DNA of 63,539 nucleotides, filler included, from Gonapodya sp. JEL0774 (Eukaryota), in assembly GCA_027604505.1 (NCBI GenBank). It is 31 parts of 31 records of this genome, joined end to end, with 100 filler letters (N's around TTAATTAATTAA, not from the genome) between each part and the next. Parts side by side here need not be neighbours in the genome. Positions count along the whole stretch, not along the records: positions 14,456 to 16,414 come from JADIIX010002408.1; positions 16,515 to 18,473 come from JADIIX010002409.1; positions 18,574 to 20,531 come from JADIIX010002410.1; positions 20,632 to 22,589 come from JADIIX010002411.1; positions 22,690 to 24,647 come from JADIIX010002412.1; positions 24,748 to 26,705 come from JADIIX010002413.1; positions 26,806 to 28,763 come from JADIIX010002414.1; 24 more parts are not named here. One strand, written 5' to 3'. The position numbers and the translations under genes are program-made. Of this stretch, positions 14,860 through 28,863 are shown piece after piece. Every line of letters starts with the position of its first letter. Position 1 is the stretch's first letter. The notes beneath the pieces were generated by a model. It did no database searches, was not told the DNA's origin, and saw nothing but the letters and a program-made list of their open reading frames with translations.

Positions 14860-16414
14860 CGCATCCACGTCCTGAAGAGTTCCTTCACGCTGTTGTCCAC
14901 GTCGCGGATTTCGAGCTCTTCTACCCCACAGATGTGCCATCTCGGACGTGTCCAGCGGGACATTGCACTGTCAAAAAGAAGGAGGAGGTTCTGCACACCG
15001 TGTATGGTGTGGAGTTTTCGGAGGTGGTTTACGGAATGAGCTCAACATGCGAGAATTGTTCGCAACCCAAATCCTTCACCACCATTGACAAACGGTGAGC
15101 AACTGAGTTGAAGAGCGGGTTCTGTGCAATCTAACAGAGATTTCGTACGCAGTTACTTGGATACTCTGCCTCCACATGTTGTGAAAGGTGAGTTCGAGGC
15201 GGCTGCCAATGTGAGCTGAATATCAACCATCGACTGGTGTTCCGGCCGTAGATTTTGGAGTTCTGTTCTCGCATAAGAGTGGCTTTACCAACGCTGCATA
15301 CAGCATAGTGAGAAACGTGCAGCGTTTCATGAGATTTGGGCAGATCGAGACACTATTCAAGAGTGAGTTCTGTGCTCGTCTCACAAATGCATTTTCAGTA
15401 TGGTTCTGTCTACTAACAAGTATGAAAAGTGATGTACGATAGTGCCTACCAGGAGGCCATGTTTTCATATTATGAAGCCAGCGCAAGATTCCTCGTCTCA
15501 CCATGTACGGTTGAAGCCCGCAAACTTGCAACTGAGTACTACACCGCGGACGCAAGTAGTCGATTTCCATCACAGCAAGCTGTCAATGGGTTTGTCTTTA
15601 CTTTACATGTACTTGTTGTTCACTGGCGTGCTTATGATGAACGTCAATCAACCAACTGGCTATCTAGGTACAATAACGTCAGCTCCCCATCAAGCTCATT
15701 CATCCACGATTTCTGGAAAGACTGGTTCAAACAGAATATGGAGTGCGGTGCTGAGATGTCAATGGCGACAGCGATAGGTGAGTGCCGAGGGATGTTTCCG
15801 GTGCAGCTGTAATGAGTGACGCAAAGGATAACGGGGATGGGATGTCATTCCTTGCTATAGGTCACACTTACATGCTTGATGATAACAAAAAGTCTGTGAA
15901 AGGGGCTCGTGCCGATGGAACACCCCAATTCTCACAATTAATGGGTCTTGTAGACCCGTTTGGACGGTTTTCAACAATGGTGGGTGATGCTTTAAATGTT
16001 CGGGTTCTTGCACTGTAGCATTTAGTTTACTTTTGCGTGCTTACAATGCGTTAGCGGCTCTTGTACCATCAGAATAGCCACGCAGAGCTCTTACGTATCG
16101 CACAGGAGATTTCACTCCGCCATGAAGCTTTAGGTGCACCTATGCCGCAGGAATTCCACGTTGATGGACCAACAATATTCTCGAAGCCCCTTCGGCAGAC
16201 GTTCGGCAAAGAGGTGAGACGAATTGTGTGCCAATCTGGTGCACGGCATGGTGATTATGTTTTGCATTGCCCGCCTCCATCCATAGCTACCCATTGCGGC
16301 GGATCCATCTCATTTGAGCCGGAAACTTGCAAATACAATCGCAGAGTCAAAGAAAAGTCAAGTACTTCCAGCAATCATTTCAAGCTTCTCTGAGATTCTT
16401 CTGGAGAAGGATCA
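14860..16414 (+). mobile_element. DUF6729/MULE-like DNA transposase relic with introns
   Basis: CPAGHC...CENC...FTTID zinc-ribbon-like segment, FSHKSG, FLAIGHTY (cf. xIDHT), GLVDPFG, SHAELLRI...P.EFHVD. Confidence 0.45.
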
Positions 16415-16514
16415 NNNNNNNNNNNNNNNNNNNNNNNNNNNNNNNNNNNNNNNNNNNNTTAATTAATTAANNNNNNNNNNNNNNNNNNNNNNNNNNNNNN
16501 NNNNNNNNNNNNNN

Positions 16515-18473
16515 TTCGTCCACTCCAGAGACGCTGAATCTCCAAACACTGTCCTTTTTGAGATCTTTGTTTACGCCACTCTCTGACAAGGCTCTAACCA
16601 CAAACCGGCTCTCGATCTCGTCCACATCATTCAGCTCTTCCGAGACACCTAGCTGCGGCCATTCGGTCCATGAAAAAGGTTTCCAAAACTCCCGTAAAAT
16701 CCGCCGATAAAGCATGACTTCACAGCCGATACCCGATTTCTCTGAAATTCCGGTGGAATACAACGCCCGCACTCCGTGTGGGTGGCTCATGGTCAGCCAA
16801 TAATGTGGGTGGAGGAGTATTGCCGAGGTAGCGGGTTGAAACGCGGACGCCGGATCGTGGTCAGAATCGTAGATGCGTGAGTCTGTGCCAACCGTAGGTA
16901 TCCAGTCGGCTAGACTTGGGGGAGCAGCTGATCTTCGCTCATGCTGATACCAAAACATCCCGTTTCGATCTGTGAATACGCTTGATTCGCCCGGTACGGT
17001 GGTTGAGAAAGCTCTGTCCACTGACTCGGCCTCATCGGTGACCATAACTATTCGCATGACTATTTGATGGTTGCCACTTCTTTCGACGGCTGGGTGAATG
17101 TGCACAGCCAGCTCGAAGTCCTTTTCACCTTCTCTTAGAACCAACTGTACCTCCAGACCAATGTTGCTGCTGGTGTCATGCAACGAGCTATTTTTTTCTC
17201 GTAGTGCAGACGCAAAGCGGATGTTTTGCGTTGCCGATCCTCGCTGGACAGTAACTCGTTCACAGGGGAATCGAAGAGGAAAAGGGGTGGTTGGACACGG
17301 CCGAAATAAATACGGGCCATCCAAGAAGGAACCATAGTCGTGAAACGAGAGCTCAAATTTCTTCGGGTGCAAGGTCGAGTCGTGGAAGTTCGCTGAAACT
17401 GTCGCGGCTGGGACAAGAAACACCCCGTGAGACAATCTCAGATCGAACGCCAATCTAACCGCACATCGGGAATTCACCCACCGTTCCGACCACTGGAAAT
17501 GTCTACCGTGATTTCGGCCACTTCGTTTCTCAAAACGATCATCGCAGGCTGCACTAGGATCTGCTCTTGAGACTCATAATCTGATAGGTCCTTGATCTTA
17601 CTTTCTTCAACGTGGAGCTCCACAATTTGAAAAGCCTGAACGTCTGAAAGTATAAAGTGAAGCGCGTTCTTGAAGCAGTTTTGTCCTTTGACAATCATTC
17701 CATCCTCTGTTCGCAACACAAGATCGTACTTGGAGTTGCCAACGGGGTTCACGTCTCGTGGAATCGTGAACCAAAATGAACGTCTCTCTGGATACGGATT
17801 CCATACTCGTAGTTTGGCTCCCGGCTCCAGAGCGTCAAAGCCTGGAGAGACGCAAGACCATTTCGAACCTTTGAAATGAAGATCACGCTTGTCTTCGTGC
17901 TGACCATGGATCCCAATATCCGCAACGAGCGGTAACAGTTGTCGGAGATCGCGCAAAGAACTCTGGATCATGCTCTTGAAGTCGGAGATCACGTGTGATG
18001 GAGCTTCCAAGTCAAAACCATCAAAATGACGGCAGCAGGATATTTACATTGTCGCAACTCACAAGTTCCACTTATTGCATCGTGGTGTTGTGTGATTGCT
18101 GCCACTCTCCTAGCTCGGTAGAGATGCTCATAGATCAAATGGCAGAAGGTTAACATGGATGCGCCTCCTGTTCTGAGTCGTTCAAGATCAATCAAAACCA
18201 TTGCAATTTCTGCGGCTCGCAAGATCGATGAATGCTCCCTTATCAAGCGTTTCAGCCTCCCGTGCGTCGAATAATATCCAGTCCACCAACCAGCCCGCAT
18301 TGGAACAACTTTCGGAAGACAATCATGGCCATAATAAGGAAGAAAATCATTCTGCTCAAATGTCTGAATTCTGTTGGCGGACATCGCTGAGTCATGGACC
18401 AATTCAGTGTCTCCTGCGATAGGTTGTTGTTCTACTGGTTTCAAAGGAAAGAGTGGATAGCTTGACCGGGCTC
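16515..18473 (-). CDS. GH38 alpha-mannosidase, middle and C-terminal part
   Basis: NDFLPY, WWTGYYSTHGRLKRLIR, AITQHHDAISGT, VFTDRNG, EVMLYRRI. Confidence 0.9.
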
Positions 18474-18573
18474 NNNNNNNNNNNNNNNNNNNNNNNNNNN
18501 NNNNNNNNNNNNNNNNNTTAATTAATTAANNNNNNNNNNNNNNNNNNNNNNNNNNNNNNNNNNNNNNNNNNNN

Positions 18574-20018
18574 CTCTCACGTTGCCAAACGCAGGAACAA
18601 GATGCACTTGCGGTTATTTCTGCAGTTAGCCGTGAAAGTGAGGAGAAGGATGCCAGGATCAAAGCTTTGTACACACAGGTCGAGAAGGAGAAGGAAGCCT
18701 CCAAGGCAGCTTTAGATTCCCTTGTGGAGGACTATGAGAGGCGTATTGTGGAGCTCAACAACACGATTGGCGAAAAGGACTCTGCATATAAAGTTCTGCA
18801 GCATGAGCATGCGGTTGTCAAGGATTTCCGGGTATGTTACTCCAGACTCACATTACTCGCCAGCATGCGTTCTTGAGACCCCCCACACCCCACACCCCCG
18901 GTAACTCTAGCGCAAGCGGCATGAACTGTTCAATGAACTTGACACCGTCAAACGTGATCTCGCTGAAATGGAACGTCGTCACAAGGAGACAGTAGCTCGA
19001 TTGGAACGCAAGCACTTTGAGGACACTGTCAGGCTTCAAACTGACTCTGAACGCAAAATCTCTGAACTCTCGGCCAAGGCCGAAAAAGAAGCTGTTGCCT
19101 CATTGGAGGAAACTACCAAAGAAATTTATCGGGAGAATGTACGGGTCACTGACGCTCTTCATCAGCACGTGTACGAGAGTCAATCTTTGAAGAAGCGGGC
19201 AGAGAAGTTAGAAGGTGAAAATCAGCGGCTACTTGGGGAGAAAGAATTGCATGAAGTGATTGTGAGAGAGAAGATTTTGCAGTCGAAATCTCTCCAGAAT
19301 GAGGTGAGGAAATAGCCTCCCAGAATCCACGACTTTGAATGTCAAACTTCTGGCTTTCTTAATGCACACCGCCAGATCTCGACCTTAAAAGGAAAAGTTA
19401 CCAGCTTGGAGCATTCGTTGAGTTACGTTGTTGCTGAGTACGAGAAAGAGCGGGTGTCCCTCGCTGATCATGCTAGGAATGATCTGGACGAGGTACGATC
19501 CACCGCAGCTGAGCTGAAGACTCAACTGGAACGGAAAACACGAGAAATGAAGCATATTCGAGTGAGTGCATTTTGATGCTTAATGGTACTATGCGGTGCG
19601 AGGCCCGTGTCTAGTGTTGAGAATAACCACATGATTGAATCCTCAAGCGACTCGCCCAGCATCTCTGTGACCAGCGAACAGACGTCGAGATATTTTTCAT
19701 GGATGCGTTGGAACATATTCGGGAGGAGATTCGACTACAGACAGAACAGTCCCGGCGGACAGCAGTTCAACAACGGGAGCAGAGACTGCGCGAGGTGAGA
19801 ACCAAATCAATGACCAATCGGTTCAAACGCGCGTGATAATTTGAGCCTGCGCGTAGCTATATGGCGCCCGTAATGTCGATGCCGAGTACGTGGGAAAACT
19901 TCTCGAAGGCCCACCAGAGCCAGAGGAGAAAACGGAATTTACGGAGTTGCCGTGGCAGGACAAAGAAAGGGTCTTGCGTCTGCTCTTTGCCAAGATGAAT
20001 GGGCAAGTCATTTTGTAA
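18574..20018 (-). other. Antisense short ORFs over the BBOF1 gene (non-coding shadow; see + strand call)
   Basis: Minus-strand ORFs here lack motifs and overlap a recognisable + strand gene. Confidence 0.3.
18574..20018 (+). CDS. BBOF1: Basal body orientation factor 1 (CCDC176), 5' partial
   Basis: Coiled coil LERKHFED...SLEETTKEIYRENVRV, QRTDVEIFFMDAL, C-terminal LPWQDKERVLRLLFAKMNG; stop TAA at 20016-20018. Confidence 0.85.
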
Positions 20019-21627
20019 CATGTGGTTTCTCAGCATCTTACCTTTTACATAAATGGTGGCTTGTTCCGCGAAATGTACCTCGTCGCTCTCAAACGCTCAC
20101 ACTGGCATAATATGCTTATCTGCAAATGGATCCGATAAACAGGATCACCCGACCAACAATCATCATGTCGCTAGTCAGTAGTGTATTTCATATGTACATG
20201 TTATCAAAAAGAGTGCATCAATTTTCCTTTTCGTCCACCTGCACGAAGACATCGATCAAAATTTGCATCGGCGATAAGTCAGTTCGAAGCTACACAAACC
20301 TCCACTGCAGACGTTTCAGGATGATCGACTGGGTTACTAGTTGCTGTACTGTAACCAAACATAGATAGAAGGTTCCCTTTAGGCTTCTTGGTTTTGCTCT
20401 ATATGCAGGTCAGCAACGAGTCGGCATTCTGGTTGTCTGAAAATGTTATTTCGGTCGATGGAACTCACATCACCGTCATTAGGAGGCGACTTTCTCTTCT
20501 TTCCCTCCATAGCCGCCTCCACCCCACTCTTNNNNNNNNNNNNNNNNNNNNNNNNNNNNNNNNNNNNNNNNNNNNTTAATTAATTAANNNNNNNNNNNNN
20601 NNNNNNNNNNNNNNNNNNNNNNNNNNNNNNNCGCTTCATCGAAGGCCTCGCGGAATCGGTCGCATGTCCTTTCCGCGAAAGTGTCCAGCCGTCTGGCCCG
20701 AGCGATTTTCTCTCACTCAATCCTTCATCGTACAAAGTGTCTCCCAATGTCACACCCGGTGCATACTCTTACAAGAGCATTCATTCAGTTGCTGCGACCA
20801 AGGTTGGGGTCATGCCAGCGGATCTCTCAGGGGGATACACACCTTGTTGAGTAAGCCATGACCGCTCCCCAGGTGGCTCTGGAGAGCTGAGGGATTGACG
20901 AGTTTTCATTCCACAAATGAGGGTGAACATTGAATCGTGCGCAGCACAAAGTATATTCCCTTTCTCAGTAGATCAGTTTGCATATCAATTCGCACGTCAC
21001 TCATAGATATGATGTAACAGTACAAAGTGGAAATCAATAGCAAAGTCGATATGCATCTCAAATTTCAACTTCAAAGTGCGTCCCGAGTGTGATTTCCCTA
21101 CCCTTCAAACCCACGAAGTTTGTGTGGGAGGTATTCCACATGATCTCGATTGCAGAACAAGGAGATAGCCCATGACTGTAAAAACGGACAGAAAGGACAG
21201 GCACTACATTCAAAGAAGTTCTGCCTATGAACCAAACCAAACCCTTTGGTCCCTCCGTCACTACATCTCTCGCTCTGCCCAATATTGTACCTACCCTCCT
21301 TGTTAGAAATAAGTGAGAAATTTGCAGGACTTGCGGTATGTAATCACGCAGTTCTAGTAGCGGGTTCAAATCTCAGTGTACTCATCATGACCATGAACGT
21401 CCCTGTGTCTGTAAACGCATGTCTCAGGGGACTACTTATGTGCATTTTCGGCCAACACGACACCACGTCTGCATGTGACCTTACAGTAAATCTTTCTCGA
21501 ATCATTATTGGAAGTATCACAAAATAATCTGCAACTAATCACGACTGCAAAAATTGATAAACAGTCGCAAAATGTAATCATGCCACAGCTCTCCCATGTC
21601 CTCGCTGTGAATCAGGTCCCGATCCAC

Positions 21628-22589
21628 TTATGCGACATAGTCGACAAACTTCTTCAAAAGTCCAGCTTTCTCGGACTGCTCGTCATCCATACCGGGACGC
21701 CAAGAGATCCGATAAGTCTCAAAGTCCATTTTTTCGTAAGGGACGAGGCCGTTCCAGACGCAACCACCGATCCTGAAATACCCCAGCACAGCGTACACTG
21801 ATCGAGTCACGCAAATAGCAGTGGTACTGCAATGAGATGAACTCCAAACGCACGACTCAACAGCAAACTCACCAACGTAAAGACCGAAGAAGATCGGAAG
21901 GCCCACATAGAGCTCCGACATCCACACGGGGTCAAACTCGGACGAAGCGGCGGAGTAGATGATACCTCCGAGCACAAAAAATCCGATAAGGAGGGAGAGG
22001 ATGTCCGCAAAAGGGAAGAATGAAGCGATATATGGGAGATCGTTCACACTGTTTCCTTGCTTCACCCAGCCAATGCGGAACCGAATGTGAGTGACGTTTA
22101 TGGCCATCCAAGTCAGCAGGCTCTGCATCAATCGACGTAGTGAGCGACGGTCAAAAAAAAAGGGACATCGTGCTACAGAAATTTGTTGACGGGGATCTGA
22201 TCACTCACGGAAATTCCGAGAATGTTGACCAAATAGTTAAACACCACGCCATCACCAAACAGGGTCCCCAAGAACGCAATGCAGCCGATAGCAATCGACA
22301 CAGCAAGCGACCATACAGGTACACCCCACGAGTTGGTTGTTGCAAAGATACGCGGGGCTTTTCCCTCTTGGGCCAGACCAGTGAGCGTCCGGGAACAAGC
22401 GTAGATGGAAGAGTTGGCAGCCGAGAGCACCTGAACGAAGTGTTCAATAGATTCTTCGATGTAAAGTGAAGGCAGTCAGACTCTACGAAAACTTACATCC
22501 AACACAATGACGGCGTTCATGATGTGTTCGGCGGCAGGAATACCAGAATATTGGAAGACACGGGTGAATGGCGAAACGCTGATATCCGA
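21628..22589 (-). CDS. Amino-acid permease (APC superfamily, yeast AAP-like), 3' part
   Basis: SPFTRVF, HIMNAVI, LSAANSSIYACSRTLTGLAQEGKAPRIF, THIRFRIG...DLPY. Confidence 0.9.
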
Positions 22590-22689
22590 NNNNNNNNNNN
22601 NNNNNNNNNNNNNNNNNNNNNNNNNNNNNNNNNTTAATTAATTAANNNNNNNNNNNNNNNNNNNNNNNNNNNNNNNNNNNNNNNNNNNN

Positions 22690-23381
22690 CGAAAGCTGCT
22701 CACAGAGCGTACCACGGGACTCCCCAACATCTAAAGAGTAGCGCATAGAAAAGTATTCCACTTCTGACTTAGTCAAGCTCGTTTCCGACTGGACTAGTGC
22801 TAGCACTTCAGCGAGACTCGCGTCGGGATCCTTCCGATCGAAAATTTCCTGCCGATGTTCATTGACTCGGGCTTTAAAGGCTGCATACGACGATTCTAAC
22901 TCCAAGAACTGTTCGTCCGAATAATCCAGTTTAGTCCCGTTGATGGTGAAGTGCGATCCTGAGATAAAATCCATGTCGGACATACGATACGGGACTTTAC
23001 CACGCATTAGTGGATACAGAGGATTCATATTGTGGAAATCGAGAATTGAGGAGGCTCCCAGGTCGACTGGTTCGCCGAGAGATCTGACATACGCGGGCAT
23101 CCGATCATCAGAAGCGTGAACGGGATGAGGATCACGATGCGAAACCCGGACAACCAAAAACGTCAGCGCTACTCGACGGCATTTGACGATGCCGATGCAA
23201 AATCGGACGGGAGTGCTCACCTTGAGGTCCAGACCTGACCTCCAACCCTGTCGCTTCCCTCCAGGACAACAACTTTCTTCTCCGGCCACTCATCCGACAG
23301 CTTCCTAGCGCAAGTGACTCCGGCGACACCCGCTCCAATGATGATAACATCAAACTCTTCGGGTGCGGTGTTGGAGGGCAT
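22690..23381 (-). CDS. Flavin-containing amine oxidase (polyamine-oxidase-like), 5' part
   Basis: MPSNTAPEEFDVIIIGAGVAGVTCARKL...VVVLEGSDRVGG (Rossmann GxGxxG plus GG motif), VDLGASSI. Confidence 0.85.
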
Positions 23382-26300
23382 TGTTTGTAGAAACGCTAAA
23401 TCGTCTCAACGTCACCGAATCCATTGATGGATTTGGTCCGATCCATACATGACAAACGAAATCACTTACTTTTTGCACCATATTCAACTTTTTATCCTGA
23501 GATGTGAATGTCACCCTTCTCCAGTGACAAAGTTCTCCATTGTCCTCCTCCACCCTCCAATCCGAGATCCCACCACACAGGCGTACATCTATAAATTTAG
23601 AATCAAATGGTCAATCCGGACGGCTGCTTGATGATCTTCTGCCACCGTCCAGCGAAAGAAGGTGTAATTACCCAGTGAAAATAGAGAGAAACAATGCTTT
23701 TACTAGATGCTTTAAGGAAGAGAGGAGACATGCTTGGAGATAACGTAAGGCGTTGTAGCCCTATTGCGTATATTTCACTGGCAGCTCAAATCACCAGGAG
23801 TCAATTCATTGTACTTGATCAATGATGGACCAGTCTTTGACTTCCTTGGTACTAGTCTAAAAAGCCGTACTGTGAGTTTCATCACACATCAGTGCAAGAT
23901 CTCGCAGGAGCGCACCCAGACTCCATTCCCGTGTTTCGTCCACTCCTCAAGAACCAGTTCAGTAGTCATCGATGTGAACCTTTTGGTATCAACTTAGATA
24001 GAGTGGTTGGGTCGACGAGATCACAGGCGTGCAAATTATGCCGCTCATACGCCGCGATAAATGAAGGTGCGGAGTCGGCAGAACTCATCGACCGCCTCTC
24101 CCGCCAACTTGCTTCCAACTGCACGGCATTTAAATCAGATATTATCACATGGGATTATCTTTCACATATGCTTCACATGTCACCATGACGCGGGCTCTCA
24201 GCAGAACTTCGCGCGCTTGGTTCACATTGTAATATTGCAATACAAATACAGTTGCAACGTCTCCCTTTATAAAACACGCGGAGGGCATTGGATCTGGAGT
24301 AAAGCAGCCTATGAGCATTTAAACTGGCGGAGTATTGAGAGGTAGGCTACTTAGTTGCTGGTGACGATTGACAATGCCTTGACATGGCAGCGCAATCATT
24401 TTCGAACCTTAATGGTCACTTTTGCTTCCCTTCCATCCTTTCCCTTGATATGTGACTTGCGGTACTGAATTCTTTGCCCATTCTCTTCCACGACGCTCCA
24501 CTCAGCGGTTGCAGACCACGCAGGAGGGTCAGCGGCGTCCTGCGATGTCTGAGGAACAGAACCGTTAATGTTAGAAGACGCGAAACCGTGGTAGTGTACA
24601 ATTATGACATCACAGAAGTTACTTACGACAGACAAAACGTTTGCCTTNNNNNNNNNNNNNNNNNNNNNNNNNNNNNNNNNNNNNNNNNNNNTTAATTAAT
24701 TAANNNNNNNNNNNNNNNNNNNNNNNNNNNNNNNNNNNNNNNNNNNNGTCTATGAGAGCGCGGTCTTTGAAAGTGGCCATGGGGCTTTGTTCGGGGGAGT
24801 GATTGGAACCGGAGAAACTCCAGAAGTACCGTGTGTGATTCTCTAAGAGTGTACTCGGATCTTGAAAACAATTATTTCTCATTTGATCCGTGCAAAAGAC
24901 AGACGAAAGGGATTGAAGAGTATTGACTGCGCAATATAAACAATCGGGGTTCCCCAACGTTCAATGCAAGAAGGAAACAGTCAAGCCAGGCGTCACCGTT
25001 CAGGCGGACAAACAACAATAGAAGCACATAGAAAATAGATTAGATGGATGCAAGAAATGCATCAGACTCTCCCCTGCTGCGCACTTGGCGGGAGGACGCT
25101 GCTGCGCTGCGCAGCTGCTTACTTACAAAACACGTAGATAAAAGCACTCATCTCACTTGTTAGATTAGGATTCAGTTTGCAAACTAAGAACCAAATACAG
25201 TCCTCGAAGGCAATCGAGCACATATTCTGTTTTGTCCCGGTCCACGAGCCATATAAGTGCCTGCAGGTTGCACAATCTTCTTTGCTCCCTTCGAGCTTCC
25301 CCAAACAGGTTCCGCACTTCCTCCGCGACTCAGCGCGTAATCACTGATTGACATCTGTTGAACGTAAGTAAATATGGTAGAAACGCCGGAAAGGTCATAT
25401 CCAATCCTGCGGGAGAATTCAACGAACCTTGCGCATCTTCTGAACGGGTTTTGTTAGGTCCGAAAACAAACTAGTTCGTAATAGCAAAGTAGTGTGACGG
25501 CTACTTTATTTCCGTCGCTGGCGAGTGCAACAGTCCTTTTATAGCTACCAAATTAGTATCGGAGAACACTTTCGAAACCCGTGTACACAAATTAATAATG
25601 ACACCGTGCACACCGACTTGGCCAAAGTGCTCCCGTTTTCATACAAGAGAATGCAGCGTGACAGAACAGAGATAGGATGTGATGCCAGTGAAGTATGTTT
25701 GTATTGTACCACTTAGCCACCATCTCTATGCCGTCTCTTCTCTCCATCGTTGGCCTCGCTGCTCTCTCCACTCCGCCACTCGCCTTCCTCATATGGAGTG
25801 GCCAAGTGGCGATGGTGGTGCGAAACACAAAGCGGAGGGAAAGGGACTGAGTGGAGTCTCGTACAGCGCCTTCGAGCACGTCAGATCCGAGTACGACCGC
25901 GCAACACCCCCTACATCAAGGGACCCCGTCAGTATCAATATACTCTTTGGATCAGGATTGTATAAGCCGGTACCGTATTGGGCAACGGTGGCCCATCAGT
26001 GCTACACCAGGCTGTTGGTGGCAGGACTCGCGAGACGGGCGGGGGCGTGGACAGTGGAACTGTGCTGAGTGCTGAGTGCTTGAATAAGATGAGTTAGGAG
26101 TGAAGGGACAGTTGGGGATGAGTTGACGATGGCCGAGCGTGCGCACAGTCTGTACAATGGGTAGAAACGAGCAAAGCGTTCTATGAGTGTGTGCGGGACA
26201 CAGCGGTCACAGTGGTGTGTGAGAGGGGTACACTTCTCGAGGTGAAATACGAAGCGCACACGCTCCCGAACTCAGCCTTTACGTATTGTTCAGTACTAGC

Positions 26301-26805
26301 TCCGATCGTTTGTTGGGAACCCACTGAGATCGGAGACCGGAGTGCCGTGAGCTCCACGGCATGCACTATGTAGTGCGAGTGCGAGTGCAAGTGCAAGTGC
26401 AGTGCCTTGCCTGCGCTCGAGGTCGCATCCGTGAGTGAGTATTTGGCCATGCCAGACCGGTATTCGAACATGATTATAGAATTGCGACCTCGTGCAGTGG
26501 GGCGGTGCTCGTTATGTTTATGCTGATGTGTACGGTATGTTTTTGAGCCAGAATCAGACCCAGAAATAGGAGGTTTGTAATATATAGAGGCACTGACCGA
26601 TGTCATTATATTGGGACGGGTCAAACAAAACAAAACAACAAAACAACAAAACAATACTGTGGGGAGGCAGGTACACACTGGGTGCGGATGGAGGCGGGAA
26701 CGGAGNNNNNNNNNNNNNNNNNNNNNNNNNNNNNNNNNNNNNNNNNNNNTTAATTAATTAANNNNNNNNNNNNNNNNNNNNNNNNNNNNNNNNNNNNNNN
26801 NNNNN

Positions 26806-27957
26806 CCGTTTTCGCTACTCACCCATAAAATATCCGGTTTGTATCTGCTCACGATCTCTTCAAGATGACCATCTGCAAACTTTGCGTATTCAACACTTCT
26901 CGGCACTTTTGGAAACCACGTCTTTGGGTCCCGAGTAGCGTCAAACGACCAATCAAAGCCTCCAGAATAATAGAGGCCCAGTTTAAGATGATCGCGGAGA
27001 GGGATTGGTACTCCAGAGACCGTTGTGGGATGACGGAAAGCGGTAGTGAGGTCTGCAATGAGATCCCGATGGGAATGAGAGTGTTGAGGAGGAAGGTAAG
27101 GGTGAGGCGTAGAAGAGGGAAAGAGTGTGAAACCATCATGGTGTTTTGCTTGGGATACGATGACAAAGGTTTGAGGAGATGCTCGGTGAATGGCTCGCGT
27201 GCAATGATTGACTCTATTATGTCGAACACTCACATGTCACCACTGCGTACTTGCCACCGGCCCATCGAAACAACCTTTCCCACTTGCTTGGATCCCACTT
27301 TTCTACCGCCTCGTTGAATGCTGGCACGAACGCATCGTAATAGTCGGCATCACCATAATGCTGTGCGTGGTACAGCGCGGTGGGAGAGTTGGGGATGCGA
27401 AGTGTCCAGAGGTACCATTCGGAGTATGGATTGTTTGCTAGAGAAAGAGTTTGTGTTTGTCACTAGGAAGGAAACGCCAGAGATACTCACTGAACCTGCG
27501 AAGGTGAGTTGTTTGACGTGATCGCGGGTGTTTTGGATCGTTAGCTACATGACTCCCGGCTTATGTAAGGAATGGATAACCACCAGTCTTTCCAATCAGG
27601 ATTTGATCCGAACTTCCCAGATGGAGGGGCCCATCCAGGAACTTGCGATTGAGGGGAACACGACCGTTGTTTTACAAGATTGTCGCAACACATTCAGACC
27701 CATAGACAGGCGAAGCGAAACTCACCTGAGTATACTCCCCAATGTAAGAATATTCCTATTTTTGCGTCGTCGAACCACGGGTCTACTGGGCGATCCGCGG
27801 GGATCGGCTCATCCAAGGCCGGATCCGAAAAGTTCATGGGGGTCCCCGTTAGTATGCGCTCCGAAATCGATGGGTGGTAAAGATTGAATGAAGTGGCTCC
27901 GGTCACTGAGATTTGAAGAATAAGAATAAAAAGGATGGCGTGGAATGCCACTGACAT
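26806..27957 (-). CDS. GH29 alpha-L-fucosidase with signal peptide, 3' partial
   Basis: WFDDAKIGIFLHWGVYS, KHHDGFTLFPS, RDLIADL, LGLYYSGGFDW, YKPDILW; hydrophobic N-terminus. Confidence 0.92.
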
Positions 27958-28136
27958 GGGAGCTGCCGTGCGAGTTCACTGAAGCTGTGCGATCGCCAGC
28001 CCTTTCGTCAAAAGTACGGCCTTTCGGATCCAATCATTACTTATAATCTATCGAGCAGAAACAGCAAGTACGCTGTTGTTGTTCCAGATACTGTGGAAAT
28101 TTTCTGCTTCTCATAGATTCTACGTTTGCATATGAA

Positions 28137-28763
28137 GTGACTCCATCAACCACGTACTCGTTCGCGGAAGTCCCCCTTGAAACCTGGACTCCTATCACGC
28201 GCTTCCTCAATGCGTCGACTCTCCTTAACCTTCGCTCTGCATCGAAATTCCTAAAGTGTGCCGTGGACTCCTCGGTGCCCGTCCTCGTTCTTGAGTCAGC
28301 AAAGACGCATCGTCGGACACCCATCTGCTCCCTCTTCCCGATTGTGTTCCCACAAGATGAAAAGGAGTTTAAAATCGTGTGTCGCTCGTTTGCGCGGACC
28401 TGCAGGACCGTTTGCGTTGATTTGATAGGATACTCGGACCTCCTATTCAGAGCTCGCGGAGAAGGTCCGAGACTTTCGGCTCCGAGAACCGCGCAATTCA
28501 TGGTGGAATGTGGGATCGCAGGTGAAGACTTGCGCGGGCTATGGACAACTGTGGGGTACAATCATCAAACAAGGTTGAACTCTGGTGTGCTATTCACGGA
28601 GTTGCTGGTATCGCTGCCTGGGCAACTCGGACATGAGATGGAGCCCTACCAGTACATGAATGAGGGTGCCACGTCGGCTTATAATTGCTCAGTTCAAAAT
28701 GAGAGTGCCCACCACCGGCTACCTCCCGTACCTTCCTTCTTCACCTCCTCTGAGGAGGAATGG
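28137..28763 (+). CDS. F-box-like protein, partial
   Basis: FAEVPLETWTPITRFLNASTLLNLRSASKFL fits the F-box pattern; frame open for more than 200 codons. Confidence 0.5.
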
Positions 28764-28863
28764 NNNNNNNNNNNNNNNNNNNNNNNNNNNNNNNNNNNNN
28801 NNNNNNNTTAATTAATTAANNNNNNNNNNNNNNNNNNNNNNNNNNNNNNNNNNNNNNNNNNNN

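Noticed and set aside
24748..26705. Cys-rich fragment (CGTC...CATC) and GTGCRA / ACAAA simple repeats
   Set aside because: Several frames are equally plausible and none matches a family I can name; the repeats are ordinary microsatellites.
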